Source of the DNA: Candidatus Poribacteria bacterium
GTDB taxonomy: Bacteria; Poribacteria; WGA-4E; PCPOR2b
Length of the DNA: 64,000 bases
Assembly: GCA_965215015.1 (NCBI GenBank)
Contig: OZ244042.1
Location: forward strand, 512,001-576,000
Direction: 5' to 3'
This document shows positions 58,548-64,000 of the stretch, in pieces. Under the pieces are notes generated by a model. It did not search any database. It was given only the letters and a program-made list of their open reading frames with translations, and was not told where the DNA came from. Both the position numbers and the translations under genes were made by a program. Within the stretch, counting starts at the first letter, position 1; every line of letters begins with the position of its first letter.

Positions 58548-59453
58548 ATGAGTACCCTGTTCCAACAATCCCTGCCCTTTGAAGAGTTAAATCTTGAGCG
58601 GCCTAATCATATTGGTCAAGCCAACGTAGAGTATAAGCCTGCCAGCGCGATATTAACGCCTGCTACTGGGTTCATGGATGCGTACGACTATACATTGAAC
58701 CCGTACAGCGGCTGCTCATTTGGCTGCACCTACTGCTATGCCGCATTTTTCAGCCATGACCGCGAAAAACGCGACAATTGGGGTTATTGGGTCAACGTCA
58801 AAGAGAACGCTGTCAGCAAGCTAGAGAGTCTCAAGCGTTCTCTCGATGGCAAGCTTATCTACATGAGCAGCGTCACCGACCCCTACCAACCGATTGAACG
58901 TAAGCTGGAGATAACCCGCGATCTACTGAACATTATGGCAGAGCGGCATAAACCCAAGTTGGTAGTACAAACACGCAGCCCCATGGTCGTCCGCGACTGT
59001 GACCTGTTCCGCCGCATCAAAGACAATGGTGGGTACGTACAGGTGAATATGACAGTTACTACTGATGACGAAGACATAAGGCGCACCTTCGAGCCATATT
59101 GCCCGTCCAACTCTGTGCGGATGCGCGCAATTGCAGAGATACGAGCTGCTGGGGTTGAAACCTGCATTACGATGACGCCCTTACTGCTAGTGAAAGACGC
59201 CTACGCTTTCAGTGAGGGTTTGCTAAAAACAGATATTAAAAAGTTTATCGCCCAGCCTTTTCACTTCCAGCAGGGAAAGTTTATTGCAAATACACGCGAG
59301 AAGGCATTTGCGATTATGACGGAAAAGCTTGGCTGTACGCCTTCATCATTTCGTGATGAATATATGAGGCACTATGATGGAGTTTTTAAGGTTCTTCGCG
59401 AGAATCTGCCGAATCTAGGTGAAGGCAAGGACGGATTCGGTCCACCTTTCTGA
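58548..59453 (+). CDS. Radical SAM protein, spore photoproduct lyase (SplB)-like family
   Basis: LNPYSGCSFGCTYCYA (CxxxCxxC), SSVTDPYQPIE, QTRS.MV.RD, FEP. Confidence 0.88.
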   Translation: MSTLFQQSLPFEELNLERPNHIGQANVEYKPASAILTPATGFMDAYDYTLNPYSGCSFGCTYCYAAFFSHDREKRDNWGYWVNVKENAVSKLESLKRSLDGKLIYMSSVTDPYQPIERKLEITRDLLNIMAERHKPKLVVQTRSPMVVRDCDLFRRIKDNGGYVQVNMTVTTDDEDIRRTFEPYCPSNSVRMRAIAEIRAAGVETCITMTPLLLVKDAYAFSEGLLKTDIKKFIAQPFHFQQGKFIANTREKAFAIMTEKLGCTPSSFRDEYMRHYDGVFKVLRENLPNLGEGKDGFGPPF

Positions 59454-59521
59454 GTATACCCTCCAAATCTGGCTTTATGCTTGCGTTCTTACACTTAGCA
59501 TAATATCGAGGAGACAAAACA

Positions 59522-60685
59522 GTGAAAAAACAAAATATAAGATTAGGGTTCTGCTTGTTCTTATGTTTGATATCGGGCTGGATACCTGCCAACTCCGACC
59601 AAAGTGCCGGCCTGCCCGAAGGTAGGGCACGGGCGCGGGATCTCGGTATTAAAATCGGCATCTATGAACCAGGTAAACACAATGCAATCACGGATGTCGC
59701 AGGGGTGAAGGTGGGGCATGTCACATTGAAAAACGGTGATAATGTTCGGACAGGTGTTACTGCTGTCATTCCACGCGATGATATCTGGACACATAAGCTG
59801 TTTGGTGCGGGCTATGCGATTAACGGTAACGGCGAAGCGACAGGGTTGGCATGGGCTAACGAAGCAGGGTGGATCGAGTCCCCGATTATGCTGACGAATA
59901 CACTCAGTGTTGGCCCCGTTCACGATGGTGTTGTGCGATACATGATAAAACGTTACCCGGATAACCATATCATTTTGCCAATCGTTGCAGAGTGCTATGA
60001 CGGTGGCCTGAATGATATTAGCGGGCTTCATGTCACCGCAGAACACGCAATTCAGGCGATAGAAGATGCTGTAGATGGTCCTGTTGCAGAGGGGTGTGTT
60101 GGCGCAGGTACAGGAATGCGGTGCTACAGTTTTAAGGCAGGTATCGGTACATCGTCACGGGTATTGCCCGTAGATCGAGGGGGATACACGGTCGGTGTGC
60201 TGGTCAATTCCAACGGTGGGCGGCGCCACCAGCTGCAAATCAGTGGTGTTCCCGTCGGCAGAGAAATCACGGAACTCACACCGGAATGGGGTCGAGACGG
60301 TTCGTTTATCATCGTTGTCGCAACGGATGCCCCCTTGGTACAGCGTCAATTGATGCAACTCGCCAAGCGGGTGACCCATGGGCTTGCCCGCACCGGTACG
60401 CCAAGTACCGTTAGCAGCGGCGAATTTGTAATTGCTTTTTCGACTGCTAACACGATTCCGCGTCGGACGGACGCTGGCACATTTTCTATCACAATGCTTG
60501 CCAACCGTCGGATGGATGCGCTGTATCAAGCCGTCATTGAAGCGACAGAGGAGGCAGTCGTCAACTCCATGACTACAGCAGTGACAACCGTCGGCAGAAA
60601 TGGGAATACGATCCACGCTATTCCTTTGGATCGGTTGCAAGCTGTGATGAAACAATATGGGCAGTTTGCCTCTGAAGGCAATTGA
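59522..60685 (+). CDS. DmpA-like (S58/P1 family) aminopeptidase, secreted
   Basis: RARDLG, NAITDVAGVKVGH, TGVTAV, NGNGE, GCVGAGTG, GS(F)II autocleavage site, ATDAP. Confidence 0.9.
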   Translation: MKKQNIRLGFCLFLCLISGWIPANSDQSAGLPEGRARARDLGIKIGIYEPGKHNAITDVAGVKVGHVTLKNGDNVRTGVTAVIPRDDIWTHKLFGAGYAINGNGEATGLAWANEAGWIESPIMLTNTLSVGPVHDGVVRYMIKRYPDNHIILPIVAECYDGGLNDISGLHVTAEHAIQAIEDAVDGPVAEGCVGAGTGMRCYSFKAGIGTSSRVLPVDRGGYTVGVLVNSNGGRRHQLQISGVPVGREITELTPEWGRDGSFIIVVATDAPLVQRQLMQLAKRVTHGLARTGTPSTVSSGEFVIAFSTANTIPRRTDAGTFSITMLANRRMDALYQAVIEATEEAVVNSMTTAVTTVGRNGNTIHAIPLDRLQAVMKQYGQFASEGN

Positions 60686-60689
60686 AGAA

Positions 60690-61709
60690 TTAAAGGGTAT
60701 CACCCGTCAGCTTGTTTAGGTTTTGTAGCTGCTCATTATCCGCGATGACAATCAAGGCGTCGCCAGTCTCCAACCTCACCCCCCCAGAAGGGTTATAGAT
60801 AAAATCCCCTCGTCGTTTGCGAACTGCGACAACTACCAGGTTCGTTCGATCTGGAATGCGTGCCTCGCCCAGAGTGAGTCCCACTAATGGTGTCCCTGAC
60901 TGGATAACGGATTCGGCGAAGCGCGTAGTTACTTGACTCCTGAGCATAATGTCGAGAAAGTTAACCACGATTGGGCGTGTAATCGTCGACGCCAACCGCA
61001 TGCCGCCGATATAGTCTGACAGGACCACTTCATCTGCCCCTGCTTGTTGCAGCTTGGCTAACGAATTGGCTTCAACCGCTTTAGAGGCAATCTTCAACCC
61101 CGGATTCAGTTGTTTCGCAGATAGAACAACGAATAGGTTATCTTGATCGCGCGACAGCGAGGCGATTAGTCCCCGTGCACGTTCAATGCCCGCCCGAATC
61201 AAAACTTCGTCTACCGTTGCATCACCGTGAACATACAGGAAATCTTTTATTTCCAGTAAGTGATCAATCCGTTCCTGCTCAGACTCAATAGCAACGAAAT
61301 CCATGTTCATTTGGAGCATCTCTTCGAGCGCATGAACTCCCGTATCCCCTATGCCACAGACAATATAATGATTTGAAAGTTTATCGATTGATTTTTTCAT
61401 CTTTCTTCGTCGAAACACCTCGCGGAATTGTCCTTCTATAATAAAAGCGGTCGCCACGCTAACACTATATACAAAGATGCCAAATCCACCAAGCAACAGA
61501 AAAACGGTGAAAACCCTTCCCACTTTGGACATATTGTCATCGCTGTATCCGACTGTGGTCAATGTAATGACAGTCATGAAAATTGCGTCGAATACGCTCC
61601 AGTTCTGATGTGGATTTTCCCCTTCAATAATCCGATACCCGACCACCCCGGTGGCAAAAAGGATGATCAGCGAAATCATCGCGATGATGAAGTTTCGTTG
61701 ATACCTCAA
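60690..61709 (-). CDS. 2-TM potassium channel with RCK (TrkA-N/TrkA-C) domains
   Basis: TLTTVGY pore, HYIVCGIG, GDAT, AGIERA, AGADEV, TrkA-C YNP. Confidence 0.9.
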   Translation of the reverse strand: MRYQRNFIIAMISLIILFATGVVGYRIIEGENPHQNWSVFDAIFMTVITLTTVGYSDDNMSKVGRVFTVFLLLGGFGIFVYSVSVATAFIIEGQFREVFRRRKMKKSIDKLSNHYIVCGIGDTGVHALEEMLQMNMDFVAIESEQERIDHLLEIKDFLYVHGDATVDEVLIRAGIERARGLIASLSRDQDNLFVVLSAKQLNPGLKIASKAVEANSLAKLQQAGADEVVLSDYIGGMRLASTITRPIVVNFLDIMLRSQVTTRFAESVIQSGTPLVGLTLGEARIPDRTNLVVVAVRKRRGDFIYNPSGGVRLETGDALIVIADNEQLQNLNKLTGDTL

Positions 61710-62210
61710 GAGATATTTCCCTCAATTGCGGACAAACCTATGCAGTGGGGTAGATGAACTTTATTATGTGCCCCACCTTCTTTAGAACCGTTTCTATTTT
61801 TATGGACGAATTAAGAGGTTTTGCGGATTAAACGAAAACCCGGTGAAATCAGTTGAATGAATGATTGAAGTTTGTTCGTCCTTTGAAGTAAACTTTACCA
61901 TACAACAAAGCGTCAATCAATGGTAATAATAAACTGTGTCTCACTAGCAACCGTGTTACAAAAATGATACGGAATGGAATGTGAGGTGCTAATTGGTGGT
62001 GTCCGACCAATTGCGTTTTCACGAGTTGTTTTCGAGTAAGTGCTTCTTGGTTGCTATCATGGTATAAAATTTGCTAGAATATCGCTGTGATTTTCGGTTG
62101 CCAACCAAGGAATCGTAAAAATCTATATTGGATTCTTTGGATTTTTTTAAAACATCTTGGCAAAAAAATTGTCAGGACTACGCGATATTAGTTAAAGGAG
62201 TGAACGAAAA

Positions 62211-62966
62211 ATGTTACCCCGCAAGTTTCACCTCAGTTTCCTTATTCTTTCCATTTTTCTGTTTGCTGGCTTCGCCAATCCAAGTCATGGGGAAGTGGAA
62301 AGCATTCAAATCCACCTTTTTGGGTTCGTCAATAATGATGACGCTCGACAGATTCGACGTTTATTGAAACCTTGGGCGGATCCGGAAAATGTGAGTTTCT
62401 ACGCACCGGTTGATAAAAAGGGACGCAAACGCCATTTTACAACCATCGTTGAAGTCACTCCGCGACGGAGTAAGAGCCCTTACAGCGAGGGCCATACTTT
62501 TGATATTTATAATATTACCCGTCAACTGAAAGATCAACGCTTTCGGGGCAGCCAAGCTGGAAGTCGGGCTTGGGTCGCTAAATCCGAAGCGACACTCACA
62601 GGCAACCTCTACGCGCATCCGGGGTTCTCACGGAGTTACATACGTAATGTTCCTTTTTGGCGACATTGGCGTGCCGATACATCAGAAATCAATCATGCGA
62701 TGGTTGTTAGTCCGGACCAGAAGGTCGTCTTTAGCGACGGTGATAAATTTGATGAGTTAATACAAGAGGCAAACCAAGGCACTCAAGGGGTCGAAGTCAA
62801 AGGACAGATTGCAGGTTTTGATGGACCGTATCCTGTTATATCCGTCCGAGATTTTCGGGTTGAGTACATGATTGAACCAAATATGAAGGAGAAAGACGAT
62901 GAGGCAGAGGAGACCCCAAAGGGAGAGCCCGAATATCTAAAAAAGAATGAAGCTACTGCCAAATAG
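62211..62966 (+). CDS. Hypothetical secreted protein
   Basis: AAGGAG RBS, signal peptide, 251 aa; no family recognised. Confidence 0.65.
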   Translation: MLPRKFHLSFLILSIFLFAGFANPSHGEVESIQIHLFGFVNNDDARQIRRLLKPWADPENVSFYAPVDKKGRKRHFTTIVEVTPRRSKSPYSEGHTFDIYNITRQLKDQRFRGSQAGSRAWVAKSEATLTGNLYAHPGFSRSYIRNVPFWRHWRADTSEINHAMVVSPDQKVVFSDGDKFDELIQEANQGTQGVEVKGQIAGFDGPYPVISVRDFRVEYMIEPNMKEKDDEAEETPKGEPEYLKKNEATAK

Positions 62967-63405
62967 ACATGCCGACTACATAGGGACGAGTTACAATATA
63001 TGAGGGGTTGGGAATTATACGACGAATACAGATTCGCGTTTCCCAACCCCTCAGTTTATTAATTGACCTTATACGTGCAATATTGACCTGATGCGTGCAA
63101 TTTAACGTTGGAAAGATTGGGTTATTCACTAATTTATTAACGCAATAAGTAGAGAGGGGCGCAAGGCCCGACTCAATTGCCTTCCAAAGGGAATGCTTAC
63201 CGCATCATAGGTTCACAGTTTCATCGGGAGAAAGGAAACCGGAGCTTTTCCTGACGAAGAGGAAAACGGGAAGCCGCTTCTCTCGCTTTCTCATTTTCTT
63301 TTTTTGCGTTCCCTTCCCCCTGCTTGCGGGGGGACTGAGGGGGGTGCGTCCCTGCGTTTTATTAAAAGCTAGTAACGATTTATTCCCTTTATTGAGGAGA
63401 ATGAT

Positions 63406-64000
63406 ATGCACATTTCTGAATTGGATACACCTGCTCTCACCGTAGACCTTGATGCCCTTGAACGCAACATCCATAATATGGCAGCTCTCTGCCGAGAGAT
63501 TGACATTGATTTGCGTGTTCACACAAAAACCCACAAAGTTCCAGAGATTGCCAAAATGCAGGTTGCTGCTGGCTCAAAAGGGATTACCTCCCAAAAACTC
63601 GGTGAAGCAGAGGCTATGGTTGATGGCGGACTTGATGACATCCTGATTCCCTACAATATCGTTGGAAAGCCGAAACTGCAACGGCTGACACAGTTAGTCA
63701 AACGGGCAAAGATTACCCTTGCCCTCGATTCGGAGATAACCGCCGAAGGAATCTCTAGACAAGCTGTGGCAGATGATTGTACCGTGTGCGTAGTCATTGA
63801 GCAGGATACAGGGGGCCGCCGGGTCGGCGTGCAATCTCCCCAAGCCACACTTGAACTCGCTCAAAAAGTGACGAAAATGCCCGGACTTGATTTTCAGGGC
63901 ATTATGACCTATGGGAGCAATATTCGCGCAAAACCCTTCATTGATGAAACGGTTAATTTCCTAAATGGTGCAGGTATTCCTATCAATATCATCAGTGGAG
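63406..64000 (+). CDS. D-threonine aldolase/DSD1-like alanine-racemase-fold PLP enzyme (partial; runs off window)
   Basis: Manual translation: MHISELDTPALTVDLDALERNI...LRVHTKTHK...QKLGEAE...EQDTGGRRVGV; GAGGAG RBS. Confidence 0.88.
   Translation, partial: MHISELDTPALTVDLDALERNIHNMAALCREIDIDLRVHTKTHKVPEIAKMQVAAGSKGITSQKLGEAEAMVDGGLDDILIPYNIVGKPKLQRLTQLVKRAKITLALDSEITAEGISRQAVADDCTVCVVIEQDTGGRRVGVQSPQATLELAQKVTKMPGLDFQGIMTYGSNIRAKPFIDETVNFLNGAGIPINIISG

Noticed and set aside
61740-62200. AT-rich intergenic region as an ncRNA or IS remnant
   Set aside because: I found no convincing conserved structure, terminal repeats or recognisable reading frame
1-64000. CRISPR array, tRNA, rRNA, prophage
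   Set aside because: No regularly spaced direct repeats with unique spacers, cas genes, recognisable cloverleaf or rRNA signatures, or phage structural genes were seen by eye

Overview
Bacterial genomic window, about 50% GC and gene-dense (about 50 genes). I infer a Candidatus Poribacteria-like lineage, with no database check: it has four PhyH/2OG-Fe(II) dioxygenases, two UxuA-like and two enolase-superfamily dehydratases, a sulfatase-like protein, a DUF6785-type transporter, a dockerin-tailed secreted protein and repeat-rich intergenic DNA. Most genes are carbohydrate/housekeeping. I found no rRNA, tRNA or CRISPR array. Main points: (1) A cobalamin riboswitch heads three co-oriented genes: a BtuG/YncE-like propeller with dockerin, a large lipoprotein-like protein fused to an ECF S-component-like domain, and a second propeller sharing an N-terminal module with it. 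This is a candidate unusual B12 capture system. (2) There is a layered small mobilome: a 24-27 bp palindromic micro-element with filled and empty sites and in-frame insertions in proteins, two MITE families (one copy between a Shine-Dalgarno and its ATG with a 5-bp target duplication), and a 304-bp mini IS200/IS605 keeping both ends and the tnpB 3'/omegaRNA region. (3) An FGE/CLec lipoprotein has a DGR-like variable region. (4) An HsdR_N nuclease is fused to a SeqA-like domain. (5) Several proteins have altered catalytic residues: a Thr-type sulfatase, a one-Cys IscU and a His-less HtrA. There is also a TsdA-like diheme cytochrome.
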